17,883 nt of DNA. Source: Azolla caroliniana. Lineage: Eukaryota > Plantae > Polypodiophyta. This document shows, one piece after another, positions 1 through 10,430 of the stretch. The notes below the pieces were generated by a model. The model searched no databases, was not told the origin of the DNA, and saw nothing but the letters and a program-made list of their open reading frames with translations. The stretch spans positions 1 through 17,883 of the forward strand of contig JBHGNT010000678.1 of assembly GCA_043228905.1 (NCBI GenBank), written 5' to 3'. A program made the translations under genes and the position numbers. Every line of letters begins with the position of its first letter. The stretch's first letter is position 1.

Positions 1-479
1 AGCTTGGAAAAACATTTAATTACGGGCATGTAACCAAGCTAGAGTACGAAGACATTGATTCTACATGTATTTTAATCGACGTCTCGAGCTCAGTTGGCGA
101 CAGGCGATTGCGACTTGATGAGGGAAACCTAGTACCCGAATCTTGCAATCCCAAGGCTTTGCGTAAAGACCTGCAAACGAAAAATAACTTGTTGGTAGCT
201 CTTCGGCTGTACGTGACCGGAGAGATGATGACCAGTCAAGCAGAAACTCCACCGAAAAAGTCTAGGAAGACAAATCCTGTTCAAAAGAAATATACTAAAC
301 GACCACGACCCGAAGAAGAAGAAGAAGAAATATTAGAGTTCGTGGAAGAAGAAGACGACCAACAAGCCGACGTCGTGGCTCCAGGCGGACAACTATCTTC
401 TGGTGTCCTGACGTCAGAACAAAATAAAATAAGAGAAAATATTGTGAAGACTAAACTTGTGCGCAGGGGCCAGCTATTT

Positions 480-875
480 CATTTGCCCATTACTTCTATC
501 CAAAGGCCCCCCATTGACCCCGTGACTGGAAGACGTCCCTTGGAAATTAGGGAGCCGCACTCCGTCCATGTGCAAAACCTGAAAAGCAAAATGAAAATCA
601 ATCCTCACGCTACTGTGGTGCCATTTTTGGTAATGGTTGATCAAGAACAATGCCCAACAGTAGCAGATTTCAAGTATAGCTCTGCAGACGATTACACATA
701 CTATGTAATCGGAGGATCACATTCGGCCGAAGCTCGACGACAACTTGTCAAAGAATATCCTCTCATGCCGTTCTTCAAATACGCCGAATGTAAGGTATAT
801 GCATGACTAACTCACGAGGAGGCGAAGCTGCTCGCATGGGACCATAACAATGACAACGATTATAGGCAAAAGATG
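480..875 (+). other. ParB/Sulfiredoxin-like domain
   Basis: LPITSI...IREPHSVHVQNLKSKM...PFLVMVD...YYVIGGSHSAEARRQL (GGSHS 711-725)...CKVYA[*]LTHEEAKLLAWDHN follows the ParB/Srx order: y-ii-G-x-H/R-x-x-A, then v-v-x-x-lt-eEA-x-x-lA-x-x-x-N. Recognised by eye only. Confidence 0.65.
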
Positions 876-1814
876 TCATGTATAGAGAGGATAAGATTTT
901 TTCATCATGAATACCTCGATGCCTTGAATCGTTTTGGTCCAAGATTGTGGCCTGGATTGCGACGTCGGTGTTTATTGGAAGTAGGGATTGCAGTGGATGA
1001 GAGTACGAAATCCGAAGGTCTCCGAAAATATGATTCTTGGTTTCAACTAGCTTTTCGGACCGGAGAGGTGTGGGATCTCCAAGACAAAATATTCTCTATG
1101 TGGGAGCGGAAAGAAGTCAAGGGGCAAAGATCAAAAAAGGGAAGAATTGATCCACAAGTTGAGATGAAATCAAAGACCAAGGGAAAAAGCGACTTGGTAA
1201 TCGAGGAGTTACCAGAGGACATGAAACTTTTACCTTGGAGATCATTACAAGGTATCAAAGATGATAGATTGTTAATATCCGTGCTATCTCGAGTGGTCGC
1301 CAAGGAATTTAGTTTTGACGAGATGGTAACAAACTTGCAAAAGTAAGTGTTTATAGTATACCTTTTCATGAAAGTCTTCAATTATTTTGAATATCTTATT
1401 TCTAATTTCATATTGACTGTGCAGTCACAAGGTATACATGAAGATTCAGGAGTTGATGATGCAAAAACTGAGTTTACCGACATGGGAAGAAGTTGAACAA
1501 GCCTACCCAATAACTTCTTCCTACAAGGCATTGGAGGAATATTTTATTGTATTTAGAGAATGGGTATGTGTCTTTTGAATGTTGATATGTTAGAAAGTAA
1601 TGTTCCCTGCTAACAACAATGACACTTGCAGAAACCATCAAAATCGAAAAAGAACAACGACAATAATGACGGTATTCCAACGGCCTTCATCACGCACTTA
1701 GAACGTGCGAAATATGAGAAGAGAATGACCAAAGGGAAGGAAATGGAACTGCCCGAGGATTTGGAGACTGTAAAGAGTTTTTTGCATAGGTCCGATCCTT
1801 TCAAACAGCTTCAT

Positions 1815-2660
1815 TATAGTGTTTTCAATGGCGAAGTATCCCAGATGCTCGAACTGTTACCGAGAAGGCACTACACTTTGCTGATAGCTGACATACCATA
1901 TGGTTTCCATATTGCGGGATCAACATATGATGATGTGCCTTTCAAGTACCCTCAGATCGAGAAAATGGTAAAGGATTTCGCAGAACTGACATTGGCTCCC
2001 TTGTGGAGGATAGTCATATTTCATAGCATGGGGCAATCACTGTCAGTCACAACAGCTTTGAAGTCCTGTTGTCATGCCACTGAACACATGCATTGGTGCG
2101 TTATAGTTCGCTTTTACTCATTACAGTATTTCTTATTATATGTACACATTTACACCTCTAATACTTGATTTTCTTTCTCTATAGGATCAAAACAAATATT
2201 ACACATAGCCCTGGCGATCAAATGGTTAGTGCGGTCGAACATTTTTGTGTGGGCTACTATGATTCAATTACAAAGAAGAAGGCTAGAGCACATGTCAATG
2301 AGCGTAACGTGGTTAACTACATCATGTGCCCAGCTGTAACCAAAAAATTAAGACATGTGTCAGGGGATAAAAGTATGGTGAACCCTTATCAAAAACCTCA
2401 AAGATTGATCAACCGCCTCATAGAGCTCTTCTCGAATCCAGATGATTGGGTCCTAAACTTGTTCTCTGGCACAGGTATAATATATATATTTAATTTCAAT
2501 CTTGTCTATCAAGTTTAAGACGTTACTTCTTATATATACTTGTTTGTGTTCATGCGACCATTAGGTACAACGACAGCTTGTGCATTGAAGATGTTTAGAA
2601 ACTGTGTTGCATTGGAGAAGGACCCTACTCAAGTTAACTTCATCAAAATGAGGATCACAA
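1815..2660 (+). other. Beta-class (permuted) amino-methyltransferase domain, N6_N4_Mtase type, split by two introns
   Basis: Catalytic motif IV-like DIPY (1890-1901) comes before the W-x-K segment, the NPYQKP..LI..LI...S...D.VL helix, SAM-binding motif I (NLFSGTGTT, across intron 2475-2564) and motif II (RNCVALEKDP). This is the beta-class motif order. Confidence 0.88.
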
Positions 2661-3644
2661 GAATCTGGGACTGTCCAGATCAGGATTAAGAAGTCGGAGC
2701 AAAACACATCAACGAGAACCAATGGAACCAATTGATGAAGAAGCAGGGGAGCTGGTGGACCTGGAAGATGTAGCACAGTTTGACCATACATCAAATTCGG
2801 GAGAGCTTGGAGATGACACGAATGAAAACAGTCTAGAACAATCAGCGCCAGAGGAGCCTGCTCTGCCTGATTTGCTTATAGATTGATGTAGATGGCGTAA
2901 TGTAAAAATTGAGGATTTTGAGGCATAATGTTCACCATCACTTCATATTATATTTGTATATGAGAACATCTGTAATTGTTTATCGTTTAATTAAATTCAC
3001 CTGTTCATAATTTCCGTTTTTAATCATTATTGGAACCGTTGTTTGTATTTACATATGATTGGTCACCATGCTCTTCTTCAGTTTGAGATATTAACATGAT
3101 ATTGTAATTTCTCATTTCCGTTAGCATGACTGTATATGAAAAGGCGAATGTTTTTGATAATAAGAGGTTTTTAGTTACCTACGGTTCAAGTCTACTGGTT
3201 CCACATAGTATAAATGAATGTCGTACGTAATTGTTACTCTTACCAATTACATTGTCATGAACTATATGACATTATACAATGAAACTATCGATATGCCCGT
3301 CCAACAAGTGGGGTACTACTTTATTCCTAAACCCAAAACCACATATTTATAATTACGGTTTATGTAGTTTTACTCTACAATTTGAATATGGATACCAATT
3401 TTAGAACTTTATATTGAACCAAGTCTTCAATTGTGCTCCATGATATGCAAATTGACACGAATGTGGACACATATACAATTTAGTAATTGCTAGGTTTTTT
3501 TTGTTCTATATTTAACCATCAAGTCGCAAAAGGGGTACGCATGCATCGTATATTTTCGATATCAGCTAAAATAGGGTACTTTTCTACATCTGGCCAACTA
3601 TGCCAAAAGAGAATACGACATATTACCTGTTTCAAATGACCCGG

Positions 3645-4043
3645 TGTTCGAGGCTATATTTGTAGATAGCCGAAAAGTCATATTAGTATAAATATGACTT
3701 AGGGCAAACTTTTAGGTATAGGAGTTGTCATTCTTGTTTGCGCGAGTGCAGAGCGCGTAACAGTGTACAGAGAGAGAGAGAGAGAGAGGAAGAGGTCGCT
3801 GCCTTTGCTGTAACCGCCGCCTGTGGCGAAGATCGTGAGCGCGAGGTCGTTGCCTCCGTGAGCTCACTGTTGTAATTATTGTGACATAGTGATAGTTAGC
3901 AGTCAGTGGACTGTCGTGGTTTTTCCCTCTCAGGGCTTTCCACGTTAAACATCCTGTGTACTCTTCTCTCCATTGTGTCGTGCTTTCATTTCCCGTTTTC
4001 TGCGTATGATTCTAAGGTCGGTTGTGGCCGAGCGTTGCGTATA
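3645..4043 (+). mobile_element. Ty1/copia-type LTR (solo or fragment), boundaries approximate
   Basis: TGTT at 3645; TATAAATA 3687-3694; AG-rich leader; CGTGGTTTTTCCC...GGGCTTTCCACGTTAAA motif (3915-3949) typical of plant copia LTRs; ends ...GCGTATA (possibly decayed CA) where the gypsy extra ORF stops. No matching TSD, PBS or PPT. Confidence 0.5.
3769..3788 (+). repeat. (AG)10 microsatellite
   Basis: Ten perfect AG units read directly. Confidence 0.95.
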
Positions 4044-6000
4044 GGGAGCATGTAGTTCCTGTCATCTTCCCCCTTTTCCGGCTCAACCGGCCTTGGCATC
4101 TCCTGGTTCTACTATCCGGCGTGCCCCGGTGTCTGCCCATGATCTTCCTCTAGTGGATCCTCTTGCGTACTATCTGGTTGGCTTTCCCCGGTTGTAATCA
4201 GCGTTTGTGCTAAAGATGGCTCCTTGTCACTTATGCTAATCGCCGCAGTTTTCTTGGCCACTTCTTGCCGTTGCCATTGTCGTTCCTACTTCTCGAAGCG
4301 GAGTTGGTTGTCCAACTGGTCATCATCCAGTTGTGCCACCAACTGGAGTACCGCCACCTTCTGCTCATCAGCTGAGGATAGGAAATCATCTGACAGTTCA
4401 TCCTTTATTGTTTCAATGCTTTCTCTATCTAGGATGTAAACTTCGTCGCCTTCTTTCCGTCAGTGTTCCGCATCAACTATAGCTCGGTTGCCCGGTTAGC
4501 CCACTTCGACCACCACTGTATTGAGCTTTCTTCCACCAATTTCTTTGTTCGGTTCTTCCATGCCAATACGATGTCCCGGATCCACTCTAGTCCCATCTTC
4601 GACTTGTTTTCCGCGACCTATTTTTGATCAGGCTTGTGGTTGCCGCTTCTTGGCTTCTGTAATGCATGAGTTGGGTCTGATATGTCGTCTGAACTCTGTT
4701 CAGAGCCGTTGCAGCGCGCTTCATTTTCGCATGGTGCTGTACTTGCAAGTCCAGTCACTCTTTCGCTGCCGCTGCTAGTTGTTTTGCTTGTTCGGCTCCC
4801 TTCGACTGCTCTTCCATCATTGCCGCCATCAATCGGTTAATTTCCTCCGGGAGTTCTCTACTCTTTTCCTGCTGCCGGTCACTTTCGGTAGTCAATTTCT
4901 TATGATCGGCATCCAAATGCTTATAATCCCGGTGCAGTCGGTCAAAGTCATCGGTTTTCTGTTTGAGTTTTTGATTTATAAGCCGGCGAGCACGGTCCTC
5001 ATGATCATTTTCTTGCCGGAGTTCTTCCTTGAGGCACTCAATCTCCACTTCTGCCATCCTCCAAAGTTTCTCTTTTTCTTGCAGGAGTTTGTCTTTCTCT
5101 TCTTTCAGCCGATCATACGCTTGATGCCCTCTTCTCAAGCTTTCCTCTGTTCGGCCATCTCTAATTCCTCAGTTGTGGCTAGCAATCGGGCTTCTTGCGC
5201 TTTTTCTTCCGCTTCTAACTGGCCGACAACACCAGTCACTCGTTCTGCTACCCATCGGAGCCATCGATTGTCGGTGCCTTGTGGTCGTGCCGGTTCTGGT
5301 TGTGGGATGGCGTTTCCACTGGTCACGAACCCACTATTGATGGTTACGTCACACAACCGCTCCCGTTCTGGCTGTTGCTACTGCAGCGGTGGTGCCGGCA
5401 ATTCGATGACCAGTTCTTGATTCACCGGTACTACCGTGTCCTAGACCGTTGGTTCTACGATGTCCTGCCGCAACCCTTGCTCCGTTCCTGATTCTTGTTG
5501 AGCCAGTTCTACCGCCTTCCTCGGTTGTGGCTCCTTAGGGGAGGGTGCCCATCTATGGTTCTCCGGTAGCCTTGATGTTCCTCCTTCGTGGCCATTTCCT
5601 CTTGGCTGGCGACGTCATAGCAGCGTCTCGGTCAGCTCGTCTTCCTGTTGGTCTTCTTCTAGGGTCTCGTTGCTGATTACCGCCACCAAGGGGTCCTGCC
5701 CTTGCGTTTTCTCCAGTTGCTGCTCTGCTTGTTGCTCCAACAAGCGCAACTTGATTTTCAACAGTCTCTTCGAAGTGTCCACCGATGCCTCCTTCTCAGC
5801 CAGCCACTTCCGACTAGGCCGTTCCTTTGCCTGGGTAGCCAGGAGTTGCTGTTGTTTTGAAGCCGTTTTGGGTGTCGCTTCTGACGGTCTTCCCCTCTTC
5901 CTTTGTTTCATAGGCTCCACCAGCGGTGCTAATAGAGTGAGCCATTGCACCACTGTTGTCCACATCTTTTTGCCATCTTTTATCAAGACGATGGTAGCGC

Positions 6001-7206
6001 TGTCGTGTGAATCTTCACACACTATGTAAAAAAATAATGAAATAATTATTATAGATTTGATGAGTAACTTACTATAGAAAGATGGATATACTCAAGAGCT
6101 TCAAAACGTATTTTACTATATACAAAATGGAGAAATACATATCAAGTTATATGAAAATGAAGTTTGAGAAGATGGGGAAATTAGAACTATCCCACATAGA
6201 TAGGAAACTTAAGGCCCTGGCTATATAAGCACCTTGAGCTCCCTCATTTTTCATTTGTGCTAAGAGCACTTTGGCCACTTTGTCTTCATGGATCATGGTG
6301 CCAAGTTCCCAAAAATCGGAAACCGGCCGGTAAGCAAATCCGGAAACAAGCCGGTAAGCAAAACTGGAATCCGGGAACCGGTCGGTAAGCAAAACCAGAA
6401 ACCGGCCGGTAAGCAAAACGGGAACGGGAACCGGTTGGCAATCAATCCGGAACAGGCCGAGAAGCAAAATCGGAACTGGAACCGGCAAGCAAACTGGAAC
6501 CGGTCGGTGAGGGATTTGGCGATCGGGCAGAACCGGCTACCGGACGAGGTTGGACGCGGACCAACGGAAGATTGGATCATGCAACAAACTAAAGTAAAGT
6601 GAGGAGAACTAAAGTAAAGGTCATGTGGATGCAAGCAACTAAAGTTGGAATGCATGCAAAAAGTAAAGGTCATGTGGACGGTCGCATGCAACTAAAAGAA
6701 AAAGGCATGCAACTTAAAATAGATGCAACTAAAAGAAAAAGCTAAGCAACTAAAAGTAGAGGCTATGCAACAAAAAGTGGACATGCAGATGATCAAGGGA
6801 GAACTCCATATAAAATTCCATTTTTTTTCCTACACCCTACACCGAGGCTCTCTCCATATTATATTAATTTTCTTTTCCTTCTCAGCTCCCTTATCTTAGG
6901 GAAGCCATAACTCTCATAAACCCGAAATTTTCCTTACGGAAGCCATAAACCCTAATTTTCCCTACGGAAGCCATATCTCTCAAAACCCCTAATTTTTCTT
7001 TTCTATTAATCTCAGTTAACCTAAAACTTCTGAATCCCAATCTTGGGACATATTGTAATTTCTTTTCTATTTGTTAATTAAATTTGTCAATCTTTCTTAT
7101 TTCCGTTAATTGTTAAAAATATAAACGCACGAATGTGATATCTTCTGGTCGGAGGCCCCGGGGTCCTGCCTCAAAGTTCGCGTGTCATCGTCGTATTTTT
7201 ACGACA
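6001..7206 (+). repeat. 5' LTR (1206 bp)
   Basis: TGTCGT...ACGACA inverted termini; TATATAA 6222-6228; followed by PBS; 3' part repeated at ~7305-8097. Confidence 0.88.
6315..6510 (+). repeat. Degenerate ~20-30 bp CCGG-rich tandem repeats inside the LTR
   Basis: Units such as CCGGTAAGCAAA(A)-N-GGAA(A)CCGG recur several times; partly repeated at 7305-7410. Confidence 0.85.
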
Positions 7207-7210
7207 TCTT

Positions 7211-7228
7211 TAGTGAACCCGACGTGAA
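7211..7228 (+). promoter_or_regulatory. Primer-binding site complementary to tRNA-Trp
   Basis: TAGTGAACCCGACGTGAA, 4 nt after the LTR end, matches the reverse complement of the plant tRNA-Trp(CCA) 3' end (TGGTGAACCCGACGTGAA, recalled from memory) at 17/18. It is followed by a gag-like start ATG 7260 (MASTSGTQKEELVN). Confidence 0.82.
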
Positions 7229-7304
7229 ACGAGGTAGTAGGAGGATATCAAGTGCAAAGATGGCTTCGACAAGTGGAACTCAAAAAGAAGAATTGGTTAA
7301 CCAT

Positions 7305-8097
7305 CCGGTAAGCAAAATAGGAAACCAGCCGATAAGCAAAACGGGAACGGGAACCGGCCGGCAAGCAAAATCGGAACCGGAACAGGCAAGCAAACCGGAA
7401 CCGGCCGGCGAGGGATTTGGCGATCGGGCGGAACCTGTATCGGACGAGGTTGGACGCGGACGGACGGAAGATTAGATCATGCAACAAACTAAAGTAAAGT
7501 GAAGAGAACTAAAGTAAAGGCCACGTGGACGCAAGCAACTAAAGTTCGAGTGCATGCAAAAAGTAAAGGTCATGTGGACGATCGCATGCAACTAAAAGAA
7601 AAAGGCATGCAACTTAAAATAGATGCTACTAAAAGAAAAAGCTAAGCAACTAAAAGTAGAGGCCATGCAACAAAAAGTGGACATGCAGATGATCAAGGGA
7701 GAACTCCATATAAAATTCCATTTTTTTCCTACACTGAGGCTCTCTCCATATTATATTAATTTTCTTTTCCTTCTCAACTCCCTTATCTTAGGGAAGCCAT
7801 AACTCTCATAAACCCGAAATTTTCCTTATGGAAGCCATAAACCCTAATTTTCCCTACGGAAGCCATATCTCTCAAAACCCCTAATTTTTTTTTCTATTAA
7901 TCTCAGTTAACCTAAACCTTCTAAATCCCAATCTTAGGACATATTGAAATTTCTTTTCTATTTGTTAATGAAATTTGTCAATCTTTCTTATTTCCGTTAA
8001 TTGTTAAAAATATAAACGCACGAATGTGATATCTTCTGGTCGGAGGCCCCGGGGTCCTGCCTCAAAGTTCGCGTGTCCTCGTCATATTTTCGCGACT
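7305..8097 (+). repeat. 5'-truncated 3' LTR, copy of ~6383-7206
   Basis: Direct repeat; 12 mismatches in 240 nt by hand comparison of 6541-6780 vs 7441-7680. Confidence 0.9.
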
Positions 8098-8270
8098 GCG
8101 CTCGGGCCTTCGGCAATCATTACCGACCAATCCACTTTTACTCCCTCATAGGTGGCTATGATCAGACCGGCTCTATTCTTGGGCATCGCCGGTGGTCGGG
8201 GATACACATGGCCATACTCGTGGAGTACCCGAGCAATTTCCCGAATCAAGAGATCTTCACCGCCTTGCGT

Positions 8271-8991
8271 TGTCGTGCCTTTCGGCTCCGGATCGTTGCG
8301 TGAGTCGGGTGGGAACTGCCGAGGTTCTGGACTAGGAGGAAGAAAAATACAAATAAGGCTAGTAAAGAATAGGTATAAAGAGTTATAAGATAAGAATCTT
8401 GTGAATCCCACGAGTTTAGTATATTTAGTCAATATTTAGGTAGTAAGGGAGAATTATTTTAGCAAATTCGTGAATCCCACAAATATTTTAGATTGATTGA
8501 TCATTATAGAAAAAAAATCAACAACAACTACAATGTGCTCCCCATCCTTATATAGTGATGGGAGAGACTAAGCATAGCTACATGCTTTTTTCTAATATGT
8601 TCATGCACACTAAATGTGCATGTGATGCTTTTCTAATCCTTGCTTTTATTTGCTAAATATAGTGCTCATGCGTGCTAGATGTGCATGAGTCACTTTTTAG
8701 TTGCTTGCGTTTTTCTATAAAATATTCATGCACTCTAAAAATGCATGATTTACCTTTTAATAAAGGTAGGCGCAAATAAAGCACTTATAGTTATTAAATC
8801 TATTTGTAGAACACTAAAGATAAGGTAGCATAATTGTAAAATTGAGGTTTGGCTACGTGGAGGTATAGGGTTCGAATCCTGCCTTATGCACGTGATAAAT
8901 ATTTTGATATATTATTTATTTATTTATATGTATCTAAAATCGGATATATTATTTTATGGTTTTCATGTAGTGTGTGGAATACACTACGACA
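8271..8991 (-). mobile_element. Solo LTR (721 bp) with 4-bp TSD GCGT
   Basis: TGTCGT (8271)...ACGACA (8991); GCGT at 8267-8270 and 8992-8995; TATATAA on minus strand at 8548-8554; its minus-strand start TGTCGTAGTGTATTCCACACACTA resembles the 6001 LTR start TGTCGTGTGAATCTTCACACACTA. Confidence 0.88.
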
Positions 8992-9607
8992 GCGTTCGGT
9001 ACGCCTTGCTGCCCAGGGAGTATTCCCCAAAATACCTCGTCAGTTGCTCTGGCGAAGGGTTGTCGATCGAGTAGATTCCTCCTTCCGGTAGGCCGGTCAT
9101 GGTTCGGATGGCCTCCTCGGTGATGACCTCCGTGTCAATGTTTTTCACGACATTGTCCGCGTCTCCATGTGGCTGTGCTTTGACTATCCGCAAGAATCCC
9201 TCTAGACCGTGTTGCTTCAGCCATTTCTTAGCCGCTTCTGAGAGTACCATGCATTCCATGCCGTCTTCACAGTCAGTAGGTTGTGCCAAGATGTTTGCGT
9301 CTGCTGCTCTGCGTGCTCTCGCCTGATCACTCGTAATCGCCTGTGGACGATGAGATCTCTGTGTTCGCGAAATGAAAGGGACTCTGCACGGCGTAGGTTT
9401 TCTTTCTCCATGCGTGGCACCTTTTCTTGATTCCCACGCATGTACTTCCTGTACTAATATAGCAGTCGGTTCACACATGGTGCGCCTGTCTTTAAAAGCT
9501 TTAATTAGCCACCCACCACACCTTTTCAAAGTGCCCGTTCGCTCCTCGCCTCTACATGATGACTTTTCTTTTCCTTTTTTGTTTTTCTTTTTCAATTTGA
9601 GTTTGAG

Positions 9608-10430
9608 TTAACCGGAAGTACCGGGTCCGTATCCTGGGTTTTCCCCATCTTCACTTTTGCCGGTAACCTGTTTGTTGTTATCCAGTAACGCCAGCTTTGC
9701 CTGCCTGTCGAGTAATTTTTCCCTGCTTCCTACTGTTGTATCCACCTCCGTCTGTTCGAATGGGTTCTGTGGCGTTGGCCCACAATACGGTTTGAGTCGA
9801 AACCCATTGACCCATTTGCCCATTATCTCATCGGCGAGCATTTCCAACTGGTAGGAACCATTGAATTCCCATGTTATCCAATACAGTCTAATCCACCGGA
9901 ACCATAGCTTTCCCGGCATCTGACCCATCCGGGTCTGGAACACGAGTACCAGCTTGCCGATCCCAAACATCTTCTCATTGCCCTTCCGGTGCCGATCGAC
10001 AAACTCCTTCCTTCAATCGCTGCTCCAGCTCCAACTGCATGAGACTCGCTATCCGATGCTCCTCGAGTTCGCATAATGCGGCTAACCAGATTTTTTTTTA
10101 TTCCTTTTCACTTAGTCATTCTCTAACTTGGATCCGCAAAGTCGGAACCTAAAATTCAATCGGCATTACTGCTTCAAGCCCAAATGCTAACCGGAATGGT
10201 CTTGACCGGATACTCGTTTTGTATGTCGTCCGGTATGCCCATAGTGCACTATGCAGCTTGGTGTCCCAATCGGTCCAGTTTTCATTGACGATCTTCCGTA
10301 GGATGTTTTGGAGCGTTTTGTTTGTGGATTCGGCCAGTCCATTGGCCTGTGGATAATACGGAGTACTGCGCTTGTGTAGCACTGCATAAAATGTTGTTAA
10401 GCTCTCCACTACTTGACCATTACCATGCAA
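9608..10430 (-). pseudogene. Gypsy integrase, C-terminal half only
   Basis: HKRSTPYYPQANGLAESTNK...WDTKLHSALWAYRTTYKT...PFRLAFGLEAVMPIEF* then LEEHR...GKLWFRW...VNGFRLKPY. The HHCC finger and first catalytic Asp region are absent (junction ~10425). Confidence 0.9.

Larger units (their letters stand above)
3..2886 (+). pseudogene. Spliced gene encoding ParB/Srx-like domain + beta-class N4-cytosine/N6-adenine DNA methyltransferase, 5' end outside window, with inactivating lesions
   Basis: Frame open from nt 3. Exons 3-1342, 1425-1563, 1632-2095, 2185-2474 and 2565-2689 join in frame across GT-AG introns 1343-1424, 1564-1631, 2096-2184 and 2475-2564. Product includes YYVIGGSHSAEARRQL...VYA*LTHEEAKLLAWDHN, LLIADIPYG, HWIKTN, VNPYQKPQRLINRLIELFSNPDDWVLNLFSGTGTTTACALKMFRNCVALEKDP. 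Lesions: TGA 804-806, TAA 2687-2689, and an acidic tail (EPIDEEAGELVDLED...LLID*, stop 2884-2886) out of frame. Confidence 0.85.
6001..8097 (+). mobile_element. Internally deleted LTR retrotransposon (5' LTR, PBS, gag start, truncated 3' LTR) with 4-bp TSD GCGC
   Basis: Starts TGTCGT at 6001; 5' LTR ends ACGACA at 7206; second copy ends GCGACT at 8097; GCGC at 5997-6000 and 8098-8101; excision restores the host reading frame. Confidence 0.9.
4044..9595 (-). pseudogene. Extra (post-pol, sense) ORF of the gypsy element: PMD/Transposase_32-like N-terminus followed by a long coiled coil, interrupted by two LTR insertions
   Basis: Removing 8271-8991 and 6001-8097 plus one TSD copy each gives in-frame ...GSKAYRT|QGGEDLLIREIARVL...YEGVKVDWSVMIAEGPSA|TIVLIKDGKKMWTTVVQWL... 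It continues as E/K/Q-rich fragments 5615-6000, 5135-5356, 4755-5138 and PVEPEKGEDDRNYMLP near 4050. Confidence 0.7.

Noticed and set aside
3-2886. Bacterial/prophage origin of this contig segment (contamination)
   Set aside because: Four frame-preserving spliceosomal introns and continuity with plant retroelements.
2890-3644. DNA transposon or Helitron terminus downstream of the MTase (GGGTAC at ~3311, ~3533, ~3577)
   Set aside because: No convincing TIR, hairpin-CTRR end or TSD could be identified.
4061-4079. PPT-like GGAAAAGGGGGAAGA followed by TG on the minus strand
   Set aside because: The following sequence does not match the 16655 LTR start, and the tract reads as coding (PEKGEDDRNY) in the extra ORF.
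4779-5420. Hydrophobic 213-aa plus-strand ORF resembling a membrane/env protein
   Set aside because: Antisense shadow of the E/K-rich coiled-coil ORF.
6315-6510. CRISPR-like or protein-coding repeat array (ORFs 6147-6691, 7182-7487)
   Set aside because: No unique spacers or cas genes; these are degenerate tandem repeats inside an LTR, and the ORFs are by-products.
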